Below are positions 15,582 through 24,950 of a stretch of DNA of 64,000 bases, piece after piece. This stretch comes from Burkholderiaceae bacterium (GTDB lineage: Bacteria; Pseudomonadota; Gammaproteobacteria; Burkholderiales; Burkholderiaceae_D), in NCBI GenBank assembly GCA_004298905.1, contig SCTK01000018.1, forward strand, positions 5,870 through 69,869, given 5' to 3'. The position numbers and the translations under genes were made by a program. Numbering within the stretch: the stretch's first letter is position 1; every line of letters begins with the position of its first letter. Under the pieces are notes generated by a model. It did not search any database and was not told the DNA's origin. It saw only the letters and a program-made list of their open reading frames with translations.

Positions 15582-16244
15582 GTGGCTAATATTGAAAATA
15601 GACGTCCATTGAAAGTACGTGACGCGAACCTGGCAAAATTAATCGCACGTACCTTAAGCCAGAAAAACATCACCCCGAACCAGATATCTGTAATGAGCAT
15701 ATTTTTTGCGGCATTGGCAGGTGGCTTTTTGTATTTGACGCCGCGTGTTGCAGGTATCCAAGCTTGGGCATTTCCTTTACTCGCTGCTGCCTGTATTCAA
15801 CTGCGCTTGCTATGTAATTTATTTGATGGAATGGTGGCTGTTGAAGGTGGCAAAAAGACGCCTGCAGGTGAGTTGTTCAACGATATTCCAGACCGCATTG
15901 CGGACCCCATCATTTTGATCGCCGCGGGTTACGCCGTTGCGGTTGTGAGTTGGGGTGGAGCCTTGGGATGGTGCGCAGCACTGCTTGCCGTGATGACGGC
16001 TTATGTACGCACACTTGGATCAAGTGTTGGGGCGCCTGCCAATTTTCAGGGGCCCATGGCAAAACAACACCGTATGGCAGTCGTCACGTTTGCCTGCCTA
16101 GTTTGTGCCGTTGAGGCCGCATTTTTTCAACAAAGTTATGCCATGTTATTTGCGCTCTCGATTGTTGTTGTGGGTTGCATGATTACTCTCTACCGTCGAG
16201 TGATGACGATCTATCACTACCTGGGAGCCCACAAAAATGTTTAA
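15582..16244 (+). CDS. CDP-alcohol phosphatidyltransferase family protein (YnbA-like)
   Basis: The family motif D-G-x2-A-x8-G-x3-D-x3-D is seen as DGMVAVEGGKKTPAGELFNDIPDRIAD. At about 220 aa and all-membrane it has the size and architecture of E. coli YnbA. A GTG start lies 5 nt after the previous stop. Confidence 0.8.
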   Translation: MANIENRRPLKVRDANLAKLIARTLSQKNITPNQISVMSIFFAALAGGFLYLTPRVAGIQAWAFPLLAAACIQLRLLCNLFDGMVAVEGGKKTPAGELFNDIPDRIADPIILIAAGYAVAVVSWGGALGWCAALLAVMTAYVRTLGSSVGAPANFQGPMAKQHRMAVVTFACLVCAVEAAFFQQSYAMLFALSIVVVGCMITLYRRVMTIYHYLGAHKNV

Positions 16245-17169
16245 TGTTCCACAGAACTCCCTATATGGGATGTTGGTTATCTTCGGGCTTTTGATTGCCG
16301 CCACTTGTATTCGTCTATTGCTGGCCGGAAAGAATCCCAATATAGATTACACAGAGTTGCGCCAACGTATCCAGTCATGGTGGTGGATGATTGCTTTACT
16401 GTTTATTGCACTGTTGGTGAGTAAATTGACGGCCATCGTATTTTTTGGTTTTTTGAGTTTTCTGGCACTTAAAGAATTTCTTTCGATTGTTGGCACCCGG
16501 CAGGCTGATAGGAGAGTTGTGTTCTGGGCTTATCTATCGATCCCGCTTCAATACTATTGGGTGAGCATTGGCTGGTATGGGATGTTCATCATTTTTATCC
16601 CTGTTTATGTTTTTCTTTTCTTGCCGATGCGCATGATCTTGATTGGCGAAACGAAGGGGTTTATTCATTCGGCGGGCATACTGCACTGGTCAGTGATGCT
16701 GACGGTTTTTTGCATCAGCCATCTCGCCTATTTACTAACGTTACCTGAAATCAATGCTGCTGCAGGCAGTATTGGTCTCGTACTATTCCTGCTTTTCATG
16801 ACACAGTTTAATGATGTCAGCCAATACATCTGGGGAAAGCTGTTAGGAAAACATAAGATCATTCCAAAAGTCAGTCCGAATAAAACCTGGGAAGGTTTTT
16901 TGGGAGGATTGTTCACCATCACTGTGTGCTCAGGATTTTTGGCGCCGGTGTTGACACCGCTGCCTTTTAAATATGGACTGATTGCGGGTGTGTTGATCAG
17001 TGCAAGTGGTTTTGTCGGAGATGTAGTGATTTCTTCGGTGAAGCGCGATTTGCAGATCAAGGACACGGGAAATTTTATCCCCGGACATGGCGGAATCCTG
17101 GATCGACTGGATAGTTTGATTTATACGGCACCCCTGTTTTTTCATTTTCTTTACTACGTGGCCTATTAA
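16237..17169 (+). CDS. Phosphatidate cytidylyltransferase paralogue (CdsA family, YnbB-like)
   Basis: CdsA signatures SPNKTWEGFLGG and KRDLQIKDTGNFIPGHGGILDRLDS are present. FLALKEF and FNDVSQYIWGK resemble my recollection of E. coli YnbB rather than CdsA. The gene has an 8-nt overlap with the upstream gene. Confidence 0.8.
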   Translation: MFNVPQNSLYGMLVIFGLLIAATCIRLLLAGKNPNIDYTELRQRIQSWWWMIALLFIALLVSKLTAIVFFGFLSFLALKEFLSIVGTRQADRRVVFWAYLSIPLQYYWVSIGWYGMFIIFIPVYVFLFLPMRMILIGETKGFIHSAGILHWSVMLTVFCISHLAYLLTLPEINAAAGSIGLVLFLLFMTQFNDVSQYIWGKLLGKHKIIPKVSPNKTWEGFLGGLFTITVCSGFLAPVLTPLPFKYGLIAGVLISASGFVGDVVISSVKRDLQIKDTGNFIPGHGGILDRLDSLIYTAPLFFHFLYYVAY

Positions 17170-17817
17170 ATGATGCGCATCATCATTAAGGTACTATTTT
17201 TTGCGGTGATCATTCGCCCCATCACATTAATCGTATTGGGTTTGAATGTCAGAGGAAAGAATAAATTACCCATGAATGGCCCAGCCGTATTGGCAGCCAA
17301 TCATAATAGCCACCTCGATACGATGGTTCTCATGAGCCTCTACCCCTTGTCGAAAATAAATAAAGTACGGCCGGTGGCAGCAGCAGATTATTTTTTGAGT
17401 AATCGTTATCTAGCGTGGTTCTCATTGCATTGCATTGGCATTATTCCGTTAGATCGCAGTGGCAATGCCGATAAAAAAGACTTGTTCAGTGCGTGTCACC
17501 AAGCGCTGGATAATGGAGACATTTTGATCGTCTTTCCAGAAGGTAGCCGTGGCGATCCTGAGAAATTGAGCAAAATAAAATCCGGACTGTTTTATCTCAC
17601 GAAAGATCACACCAACGTACCGGTGATCCCTGTGGTCATGCATGGACTTGGTCGGGCATTGCCAAGAGGGGAAGCGCTATTTGTACCCTTCAACTGCGAC
17701 GTTATTGTTGGCGATCCATTGCCGCGCGCGCTTGTGTCGAAAGATTTGGTGGACAATATATCTACAGCGTTTAATACGCTATCCACAGAGTTTTTGACAC
17801 GTGGTGCCGATGCTTAG
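17170..17817 (+). CDS. 1-acyl-sn-glycerol-3-phosphate (lysophospholipid) acyltransferase family protein
   Basis: PlsC motifs NHNSHLDT (H-x4-D) and VFPEGSRG are present. The ATG directly abuts the preceding TAA. Confidence 0.8.
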   Translation: MMRIIIKVLFFAVIIRPITLIVLGLNVRGKNKLPMNGPAVLAANHNSHLDTMVLMSLYPLSKINKVRPVAAADYFLSNRYLAWFSLHCIGIIPLDRSGNADKKDLFSACHQALDNGDILIVFPEGSRGDPEKLSKIKSGLFYLTKDHTNVPVIPVVMHGLGRALPRGEALFVPFNCDVIVGDPLPRALVSKDLVDNISTAFNTLSTEFLTRGADA

Positions 17818-17966
17818 CCTCGTTAGCCGCCACAGGAATCAAATTGCCCCAGTTGTCCTGTTTCTCGTTGTCTTTTTCAGCAACGTTGTTCTAGTCTTCG
17901 TCGATGATATGTCGGGCTACGCCTGATTGGGGAAAATTGGCTGGTAACTCCCCACCCCCTCATAAT

Positions 17967-19403
17967 TCAACCCAGCTTCTTGCGCCAGCGCGCAATCGCC
18001 GCCCGCACTTGTTCCGGCGCGGTGCCGCCGATGTGGTTACGGCTGGCGAGCGAGCCTTCGAGGGTGAGGACGGCGAACACATCGTCGCCAATCAGGGGCG
18101 AGAATTTTTGCAATTCGGCCAGCGGCAGGTCGGCGAGGTCGCAGGATTTCTGCTCGCAAATGCGCACGGCATGGGCGACGATTTCGTGGGCATCGCGGAA
18201 CGGCAAGCCTTTCTTCACCAGATAATCGGCCAGATCGGTGGCGGTGGCAAAGCCTTGCAGGGCGGCGGCGCGCATGGCTTCCGGCTTGACGCGGATGCCG
18301 GGCACCATGTCGGCGAAAATGCGCAGGGTGTCGATCAGCGTGTCGGCCGTGTCGAACAGCGGTTCCTTGTCTTCCTGATTGTCCTTGTTGTACGCCAGCG
18401 GCTGCCCTTTCATCAGGGTCAGCAAGCCGATCAGGTGACCGTTGACGCGGCCGGTCTTGCCGCGCGCGAGTTCGGGCACGTCGGGGTTTTTCTTTTGCGG
18501 CATGATCGAGCTGCCGGTGCAGAAGCGGTCGGCCAGGTCGATGAAGCCAACGCGCGGGCTCATCCACAGAATCAATTCTTCCGACAGCCGCGAGACATGC
18601 GTCATGACGAGCGCGGCGGCGGCACAGAATTCAATCGCGAAGTCGCGGTCGGACACGGCGTCGAGCGAGTTTTCGCACACGCCGTCAAAGCCCAGCGTGC
18701 GTGCCACACGTTCGCGGTCGATGGCGTAACTGGTCCCCGCCAGCGCGGCGGCGCCCAGCGGCAGGCGGTTGATCCGCTTGCGCGCATCCTGCAGGCGTTC
18801 GGCATCGCGGCCGAACATTTCCACATAGGCGAGCAGATGGTGGCCGAAGGTCACGGGTTGCGCCACCTGCAAATGCGTGAAGCCGGGCATGACGGTGGCG
18901 GCGTGCTGTTCAGCCAAATCGAGCAGCGCGGTTTGCAGTGCGGCCAGCAGGGGGACGAGGGTATCGATCTGCGCACGCAGCCAGAGCCGGATGTCAGTGG
19001 CCACTTGATCGTTGCGCGAACGGGCGGTGTGCAAGCGTTTGCCGGCATCGCCCACCAGCTCGGTCAGCCGCTTCTCGATGTTCAGGTGCACGTCTTCCAG
19101 ATCGAGTTGCCATTCAAAGGTGCCGGCTTCGATGCTGGCGAGAATTTTTGCCATGCCATCGCAAATTGCCTGATAATCGGCAGCGGACAGCAGGCCGACA
19201 TGGCGCAACATTTCCGCATGCGCTAGAGAGCCTTGAATGTCGTAAGGCGCCAGCCGCTTGTCGAAAAACACCGAGGCGGTGTAGCGTTTGACCAGATCGG
19301 AGACCGGTTCGGAAAAACGCGCCGACCAGGCTGCGCTTTTATTGGCCAGCGGATCAGCCGATGGTGCAGACGATGTTGCAGAGGATGCAGGTTTTTCGCT
19401 CAT
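17967..19403 (-). CDS. argH: Argininosuccinate lyase
   Basis: The fumarate-lyase signature [12 protein letters not shown] and ArgH N-terminal [20 protein letters not shown] are present. ATG at 19403. Confidence 0.92.
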   Translation of the reverse strand: MSEKPASSATSSAPSADPLANKSAAWSARFSEPVSDLVKRYTASVFFDKRLAPYDIQGSLAHAEMLRHVGLLSAADYQAICDGMAKILASIEAGTFEWQLDLEDVHLNIEKRLTELVGDAGKRLHTARSRNDQVATDIRLWLRAQIDTLVPLLAALQTALLDLAEQHAATVMPGFTHLQVAQPVTFGHHLLAYVEMFGRDAERLQDARKRINRLPLGAAALAGTSYAIDRERVARTLGFDGVCENSLDAVSDRDFAIEFCAAAALVMTHVSRLSEELILWMSPRVGFIDLADRFCTGSSIMPQKKNPDVPELARGKTGRVNGHLIGLLTLMKGQPLAYNKDNQEDKEPLFDTADTLIDTLRIFADMVPGIRVKPEAMRAAALQGFATATDLADYLVKKGLPFRDAHEIVAHAVRICEQKSCDLADLPLAELQKFSPLIGDDVFAVLTLEGSLASRNHIGGTAPEQVRAAIARWRKKLG

Positions 19404-19444
19404 GGATGGCTCGATAGAATTCTTCACCCGATTATAAAGCAGTG

Positions 19445-20503
19445 ATGACGCCAACCGACCCCATCACGCACAAGATCGCTTCCGCGAACCCTGCCGCCCT
19501 GCAGCAGGGCGTGTTGCCCGACGGCTGCAATGTCGGCGTGATTTTGCGCGTCTTGCTGATGATCAACGCCACGGTGGCACTGGCGCTGGCGGTGCGCATC
19601 GACAGCTGGCAACAGTTTTCCAATGACTTTGCCGCCGTTGCGGTGATCGTGGAACCGGTGGTGCTGGCTTCCCTGTTGTGCGTTTGCACGTTGCGCCCAC
19701 TGGTGCAGCGCTGGCCCAGCGTTTGGCAGACCCTGCTGGGTTGCGCGATTCCTGCGTTGCTGACCTGGTTGTTGTTGCAGGCATTCATCCCCATGGGTGT
19801 TGTGGCCACGGGCAAGGGACTTTGGCTGCCCGTGGTGTTGGCGGCCTTGATGGCCTTGCTGCTGTTGCATTACTTTGAGTTGCGCGCACGGGCCTATTCC
19901 CCGGCGCTGGATGAGGCGCGCATGCAAGCCTTGCAGGCGCGCATCCGGCCGCATTTTCTATTTAACAGCCTGAATGCCGTGCTGGGGGTGGTGCGCGAAG
20001 ACCCGCGCCGGGCGGAGGCTATTCTGGAAGATTTGAGCGATCTGTTTCGCGCCCTGCTGCGCGATGCGCGCCAGCAGGTTTCGGTCAATCAGGAAGTCGG
20101 CTTGTGCCGGCAGTATCTGGCGATCGAGCAATTGCGCTTGGGTGATCGTTTGCAGGTGCGCTGGGATGTGGATGTAGCGGCGGAACCGGCCGGTATTCCC
20201 GCTTTGCTGCTTCAACCTTTGGTCGAAAATGCCGTTCATCACGGTGTGGAGCAACGCAGCCAGCCGAGCAAAATCGAGGTGGCCGTGCACAAGCGCGGCG
20301 ACCGCTTGCTGATCCGCGTGGCCAATCCCTTGCCGGAAAGCGAGGCGAATCCGGTGGCGAAGCGCGAACGCGGTAACCAGATGGCGCTGGACAATATCCG
20401 GCAACGTCTGACAGTTTTGTATGACATTGAAGCGCAGCTGGAATCGAATCGAACTGCAACGCAGTTTGTGGTCGAGGTGAATTTGCCCTACCGGACGATA
20501 TGA
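19445..20503 (+). CDS. algZ: LytS/AlgZ(FimS)-type sensor histidine kinase
   Basis: Several N-terminal TM helices are followed by the His_kinase (PF06580) motif [18 protein letters not shown] and the ATPase part [14 protein letters not shown]. It is divergent from argH as in Pseudomonas. Confidence 0.75.
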   Translation: MTPTDPITHKIASANPAALQQGVLPDGCNVGVILRVLLMINATVALALAVRIDSWQQFSNDFAAVAVIVEPVVLASLLCVCTLRPLVQRWPSVWQTLLGCAIPALLTWLLLQAFIPMGVVATGKGLWLPVVLAALMALLLLHYFELRARAYSPALDEARMQALQARIRPHFLFNSLNAVLGVVREDPRRAEAILEDLSDLFRALLRDARQQVSVNQEVGLCRQYLAIEQLRLGDRLQVRWDVDVAAEPAGIPALLLQPLVENAVHHGVEQRSQPSKIEVAVHKRGDRLLIRVANPLPESEANPVAKRERGNQMALDNIRQRLTVLYDIEAQLESNRTATQFVVEVNLPYRTI

Positions 20504-20528
20504 TGCAGAGGCTATGAAGGAAGCGGCG

Positions 20529-21323
20529 ATGACGGAATTGAAAATTCTGATCGTGGATGATGAAGAACCGGCACGGGCGCGGCTGCGTACCTTGCTGTCC
20601 GATATCGCGGGCGATTTGCCGCACCGGCTGGTCGGCCAGGCCGAGGGCGCCGAGGCGGCGCTGGCGTTGTGTGCACAGCATCAGCCCGATGTCGTGCTGC
20701 TCGATATTCAAATGCCTGGCGTCAGCGGTCTGGAACTCGCGCGCCACCTGCGGCCTGCGGAGCAGGCACAGTCGCGCCCCTGGGTCATTTTTGTCACGGC
20801 TTATGACGAGTATGCCGTCAAGGCCTTCGACGTGCATGCCCTTGATTACCTGCTCAAGCCGGTACGCGCCAGCCGCTTGCTGGAAGCGTTGCAACATGTG
20901 TTGCGCGTGCATGATAGTCAAGCGGGAGCGGCACAGGATTTGAATGCGCTGGCTCCGGTGCGCCAGCATTTGAGTATTCACGAGCGCGGCCGGGTCTTTC
21001 TGGTGCCGGTGCGCGATGTGATTTATTTCAAGGCGGAAATGAAATACATCACAGTGCGCACGGCGGAGCGCGAATACATCAGTGAGGAATCGCTGGTGGC
21101 GCTGGAACAGGAATTCGCCGAACAGTTTGTGCGCATCCACCGCAACGCCCTGATTGCCAAACAGGCGATTGCCGGATTTGAACGGGTGGCCACCGGCATC
21201 GATCAGGAAGAAGATAACCGCAGTACCGACCCGCATTGGGAAGTGGTGCTCAAGGGTATTCCCGAACATCTCCCCGTCAGCCGCCGTCAGTGGTCTACGG
21301 TCAAGGCGTTGCTGAAACAGTAA
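20529..21323 (+). CDS. algR: LytTR-family response regulator (AlgR-like)
   Basis: The REC domain shows ILIVDDEEPAR and DVVLLDIQMPG. The LytTR domain shows YITVRTAEREYISEESL and FVRIHRNALIA. ATG at 20529 follows GAAGGA; an alternative start lies at 20514. Confidence 0.8.
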   Translation: MTELKILIVDDEEPARARLRTLLSDIAGDLPHRLVGQAEGAEAALALCAQHQPDVVLLDIQMPGVSGLELARHLRPAEQAQSRPWVIFVTAYDEYAVKAFDVHALDYLLKPVRASRLLEALQHVLRVHDSQAGAAQDLNALAPVRQHLSIHERGRVFLVPVRDVIYFKAEMKYITVRTAEREYISEESLVALEQEFAEQFVRIHRNALIAKQAIAGFERVATGIDQEEDNRSTDPHWEVVLKGIPEHLPVSRRQWSTVKALLKQ

Positions 21324-21327
21324 CTAC

Positions 21328-21357
21328 AAAAAACGCGCCACAGAGGGCGCGTTTTCT
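21328..21357. terminator. Bidirectional rho-independent terminator between algR and the convergent lipoprotein gene
   Basis: AAAAAA-CGCGCC-acagag-GGCGCG-TTTTC. Confidence 0.75.
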
Positions 21358-21360
21358 TGC

Positions 21361-21894
21361 TTAATCATCGATCGGATGCACCGTCACCACTACGCGGAGA
21401 CGGTTGCCCGGATCGTGATTCATCACTGTGGTGTAAGTTTCACCGTGGTATTTGTAGGTGACGTTATAGCCGGTGGTACGGTCTTGATAGTGGTCTACCA
21501 CCTGGCAGCGTTGCACCGGTTCCTCGCTCACCGTTTCACGGCCTTGCCCGTTCTGGATGCGGTCACCGACGACCGCGCCGGTAATCGCGCCGACTGCCGT
21601 GGCTGCGGTGCGCCCATTGCCCCTGCCGATCTGGTTGCCGACGATGGCGCCGGTAAGGCCGCCCAGAATCGAGCCACCGACGCGGCGATCTTCTTCGCGC
21701 GTGACCTGACGATATTCGGTATGGCAGCGTTGTTCCGGCATGCTGACGCGCTCGACTATCGGCGCGACATTCATCACGCGCGCGTAATCCTCAAATTCAG
21801 GGCCTTCTTCGCGTGCCACGGCGGTGCCGGGCAGGGCAGCCAGACCCAGCAATACCAGAATGGCCGGGGCGGCGATTTTCGAACTTGTTTGCAT
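21361..21894 (-). CDS. Glycine-zipper 2TM / 17-kDa surface-antigen-like secreted protein
   Basis: The signal peptide is MQTSSKIAAPAILVLLGLAALPGTAVA. The glycine zipper is GGLTGAIVGNQIGRGNGRTAATAVGAITGAVVGDRI. Confidence 0.75.
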   Translation of the reverse strand: MQTSSKIAAPAILVLLGLAALPGTAVAREEGPEFEDYARVMNVAPIVERVSMPEQRCHTEYRQVTREEDRRVGGSILGGLTGAIVGNQIGRGNGRTAATAVGAITGAVVGDRIQNGQGRETVSEEPVQRCQVVDHYQDRTTGYNVTYKYHGETYTTVMNHDPGNRLRVVVTVHPIDD

Positions 21895-21982
21895 GATTCT
21901 CTCCTGTGTGTAAATCATGATTGTAGTGTAGGGAAGAAGGTCGGCGACAGGTGTTCTTTGCCTGCAAAAAGTGTAAGCAATC

Positions 21983-22155
21983 GTAACCAGCGACTAGGCG
22001 CGCGTATTTTGCGCGCCTAGTCGAATGGCTATGCAACGCAGTAACCAACGACTTGGCACAGGTTTTATCGTGCCTAGTCGGCTGGCAGTAACCAATGACT
22101 TAACCAGCGGCTTGGCATTCGTCTTTTGAATGGCTAGCCGATTGGCTATGCAAGC
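21983..22155. repeat. Three tandem, diverged copies of an about 55-nt hairpin repeat (REP/BIME-like)
   Basis: Units start GTAACCA(G/A)(C/T)GACT. Each contains a palindrome, for example CGACTAGGCGCGC-gtatttt-GCGCGCCTAGTCG, followed by GAATGGCTATGCAA. A fourth copy lies at 49548-49602. Confidence 0.8.
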
Positions 22156-22176
22156 TAACTAAACTTCTGAGCCTGC

Positions 22177-23016
22177 TTAGACGGGTGTATAGAAGCGCTC
22201 ACGCAACGGCGCCAGGCCGACACTGTCGATGATTTCGTGCAGGCGGCGGGCAGCGTGCTGGCCGGGCAGATTTTTGCGTTCGGCAATGATCAATTCGTTT
22301 TTCAGCGAATGTTCCCAGCCCACCAGTTCGGTGACACTGACCTGGTAGCCATGCGCCTCCAGTTGCAGACAGCGCAGGACATTGGTGAGTTGGCTGCCGA
22401 ATTCGCGCGTGTGCAGGGGGCGTCGCCACAGTTCGGCCAGCGGCAGTTGCATGCTGGCCTGCTTGGTTTGCCGCAACAGCGCCGCCACTTCTGCCTGGCA
22501 ACAGGGCACCAACACCATGAACTGCGCCTGCTTGTGCAAGGCAAAGCGGATGGCATCGTCGGTGGCGGTATTGCAGGCGTGCAGGGCGGTGACGATATCA
22601 ACTTGCGGCGGCAGTTCAGACGAGACAATCGATTCGGCCACGGAGAGGTTGAGAAAGGACATGCGCGTAAAGCCGAGTTTCTGCGCCAGGGCTTGCGATT
22701 TTTCGACCAGCTCGGGGCGGGTTTCGATACCATAAATATACGACCGGTCGCTCTGCGTTTTAAAAAACAGGTCATACAGAATGAAGCCCAGATACGATTT
22801 ACCCGCACCATGATCGACCAGTTGAATGTCCGCATGTTCCTGCCGGATTTTTTCCAGCAACGGTTCGATGAATTGGTAGAGGTGGTAGACCTGCTTCAGT
22901 TTGCGGCGGCTGTCTTGATTCATCTTGCCGTCGCGCGTGAGGATATGCAGCGCCTTGAGCAGTTCGATCGACTGGCCGGGTCGGATGCCGTGCTTTTCTG
23001 CTGGTGTCGCCGTCAT
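22177..23016 (-). CDS. Class I SAM-dependent methyltransferase (Methyltransf_32-like), last gene of the arn gene string
   Basis: Motif I VDHGAGKSYLG and TALHACNTATDDAI are present. ATG at 23016 lies 9 nt after the arnD stop; an alternative GTG lies at 23025. Confidence 0.7.
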   Translation of the reverse strand: MTATPAEKHGIRPGQSIELLKALHILTRDGKMNQDSRRKLKQVYHLYQFIEPLLEKIRQEHADIQLVDHGAGKSYLGFILYDLFFKTQSDRSYIYGIETRPELVEKSQALAQKLGFTRMSFLNLSVAESIVSSELPPQVDIVTALHACNTATDDAIRFALHKQAQFMVLVPCCQAEVAALLRQTKQASMQLPLAELWRRPLHTREFGSQLTNVLRCLQLEAHGYQVSVTELVGWEHSLKNELIIAERKNLPGQHAARRLHEIIDSVGLAPLRERFYTPV

Positions 23017-23025
23017 GATTGACAC

Positions 23026-23904
23026 TTAGGTCATCACTTCGCCGGAGCGCCCCGGCAGGGTACCCCAGAGCGGGCTGCGCGGTGCGGGCGGCGTGGGCAG
23101 AGCGGCGAAGGATTGTGCCAGCGTTTGCAAGTGAAAACCCTGATCTTGCCAGCCCCGCAGCAGACGCTCGAATTGCGGCAGCAGTTTCCTGCCTTCCAGC
23201 TCGGCGTGCAGGGTGAAGATCTGTTCGTTCTGCGTGGTTTGCGCCAGCACATGATCGGCGGCGGCGTTTTCATCCATGTCATCGACGCCGATGATTTCAT
23301 CCAGCGTTGGCAGTGTAGTCGGCAATTGCACGCACTGCATTTTCTTTCCCGCAATGACCGGTGTGAAGGGTTGACCGCCGCGCGTATCCGATGCGTAGCG
23401 CAGACCCAGCTCATCAAGACACACAAAGGCATGGTCATTCATCTGCCAGCCCGCAGCGCCGTGGGTGGTGGGGGGCGTACCGAAAATATCGACGAAGCGA
23501 TCGCAGGCGCGTTGCATCTGTTTGCGTGTCCAGTCGCCATTGCGCGCACGCACATTGTCCTGCCACAGCACATGATCCCAGGTATGAACGCCAACTTCGT
23601 GGCCGGCATCGCGCACGCTGCGCAGGATGTCTTTCGTGCGCAGGCCGATGTCCGGCGCGGGCAGCAGCGTACCGTACAACAGCGTTTTCAAGCCATAGTG
23701 GCTGAGCACGGAAGTACGCTGCACCTTGGAAAAAAAACCGGGCCGAAAAGCGCGGCGGATGGCCCAACCGGTGTGGTCGGGCCCGAGTGAAAAGAGAAAG
23801 GTGGCGCGGGCTTGCACCTGGTCCAGCAAACGCAGCAGGTTGGGTACGCCTTCCTGCGTGCCGCGCAAGGTGTCAACATCAACCTTGAGTGCGAGTCCGG
23901 GCAT
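23026..23904 (-). CDS. arnD: 4-deoxy-4-formamido-L-arabinose-phosphoundecaprenol deformylase (polysaccharide deacetylase family)
   Basis: LKVDVDTLRGTQEGVPNLLRLL ... ATFLFSLGPDHTG ... HTWDHVLWQD matches the ArnD pattern. Its start overlaps the preceding stop (TGATG). Confidence 0.85.
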   Translation of the reverse strand: MPGLALKVDVDTLRGTQEGVPNLLRLLDQVQARATFLFSLGPDHTGWAIRRAFRPGFFSKVQRTSVLSHYGLKTLLYGTLLPAPDIGLRTKDILRSVRDAGHEVGVHTWDHVLWQDNVRARNGDWTRKQMQRACDRFVDIFGTPPTTHGAAGWQMNDHAFVCLDELGLRYASDTRGGQPFTPVIAGKKMQCVQLPTTLPTLDEIIGVDDMDENAAADHVLAQTTQNEQIFTLHAELEGRKLLPQFERLLRGWQDQGFHLQTLAQSFAALPTPPAPRSPLWGTLPGRSGEVMT

Positions 23905-24950
23905 CAATCCACCAGTTTTCTGGCTTCACCGATTTGTGCGCGGTAAGCGTCGAAAATCTTGCGTAGTGCATCCTGCATGTTCACCTGCGGTGCCCAATTC
24001 AATTCCTGCATGGTGTTGGTGATTTTCGGCACACGGTTTTGCACGTCTTGATAACCGTTGCCGTAATAGGCCCCCGCCGTAGTCTCGACAATTTTCACCT
24101 GCTTGGCGCTGTCGCGGTATTCAGGATATTCGGCCGCCAGCGCGAGCATCATCTCGGCCAGTTCGCGGATCGAATAATTGTTTTTCGGGTTGCCGACGTT
24201 GTAGATCTTGCCGGTGGCGACGCCGCCTTTGTTATGGATGATCGCCATCAGTGCGTTGATGCCATCGTCGACATAGGTGAACGCACGTTTCTGTTGGCCG
24301 CCGTCGACCAGCGAGATATTTTCGCCGCGCACGATGTGACCGAAGAATTGGGTGATGACGCGCGAGCTGCCTTCCTTGGCAGTGTGAATGGAATCGAGAC
24401 CGGCGCCGATCCAGTTGAACGGGCGGAACAGGGTGAAGTTGAACCCCTTTTCGCCCATGCCGTAGGACCAGATCACGCGGTCCATCAATTGCTTGGCGCA
24501 GGCGTAGATCCAGCGCGGCTTGTTGATCGGGCCGTAGATCATCTCGGAAGCTTCCGGGTCGAACTCGCCATCCTTGCACATGCCATAGACTTCGGAGGTC
24601 GACGGGAAAATCAGGTGCTTGCCGTATTTGACGGCGGAGCGGACGATCGGCAGGTTGGCTTCGAAGTCCAGTTCGAACACGCGCAGCGGATCCTTGACAT
24701 AGGTGGCGGGCGTAGCGATGGCGACCAGCGGCAGAATCACGTCGCATTTCTTGACGTGGTATTCGATCCATTCCTTGTTGATCGTGATGTCGCCTTCAAA
24801 GAAATGAAAGCGCGGGTTGTCCATCAACTCGGTGACACGGTCAGATTGCATGTCCATGCCATAGACTTCGTAATCGGTGTCTTTGAGAATGCGGTGCGAC
24901 AGGTGGTGGCCGATGAAACCGTTGACGCCGAGGATCAGGATTTTTTTCAT
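23904..24950 (-). CDS. arnA: UDP-glucuronate oxidative decarboxylase (stand-alone C-terminal ArnA domain)
   Basis: Rossmann motif ILILGVNGFIGHHL is present. FFEGDITINKEWIEYHVKKCDVILPLVAIATPATY is near-identical to the E. coli ArnA dehydrogenase domain. It is a separate ORF with an ATGA overlap to the formyltransferase gene. Confidence 0.88.
   Translation of the reverse strand: MKKILILGVNGFIGHHLSHRILKDTDYEVYGMDMQSDRVTELMDNPRFHFFEGDITINKEWIEYHVKKCDVILPLVAIATPATYVKDPLRVFELDFEANLPIVRSAVKYGKHLIFPSTSEVYGMCKDGEFDPEASEMIYGPINKPRWIYACAKQLMDRVIWSYGMGEKGFNFTLFRPFNWIGAGLDSIHTAKEGSSRVITQFFGHIVRGENISLVDGGQQKRAFTYVDDGINALMAIIHNKGGVATGKIYNVGNPKNNYSIRELAEMMLALAAEYPEYRDSAKQVKIVETTAGAYYGNGYQDVQNRVPKITNTMQELNWAPQVNMQDALRKIFDAYRAQIGEARKLVD

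Noticed and set aside
17904-19226. 440-aa ORF on the plus strand
   Set aside because: It lies entirely antisense to the unmistakable argH gene. The translation is Gly/Arg/Ala/His-rich low-complexity sequence typical of the opposite strand of high-GC genes. It has no RBS.
20085-21269. 394-aa ORF on the minus strand
   Set aside because: It is antisense to the algZ-like and algR-like genes, which carry clear domain signatures. It has junk composition.
21983-22155. Possible CRISPR array, because of the tandem repeats
   Set aside because: There are only three units, they are diverged from each other, each is itself a long palindrome, and they are directly abutting without unique spacers of constant length. 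No cas genes are present. REP/BIME-like repeats fit better.
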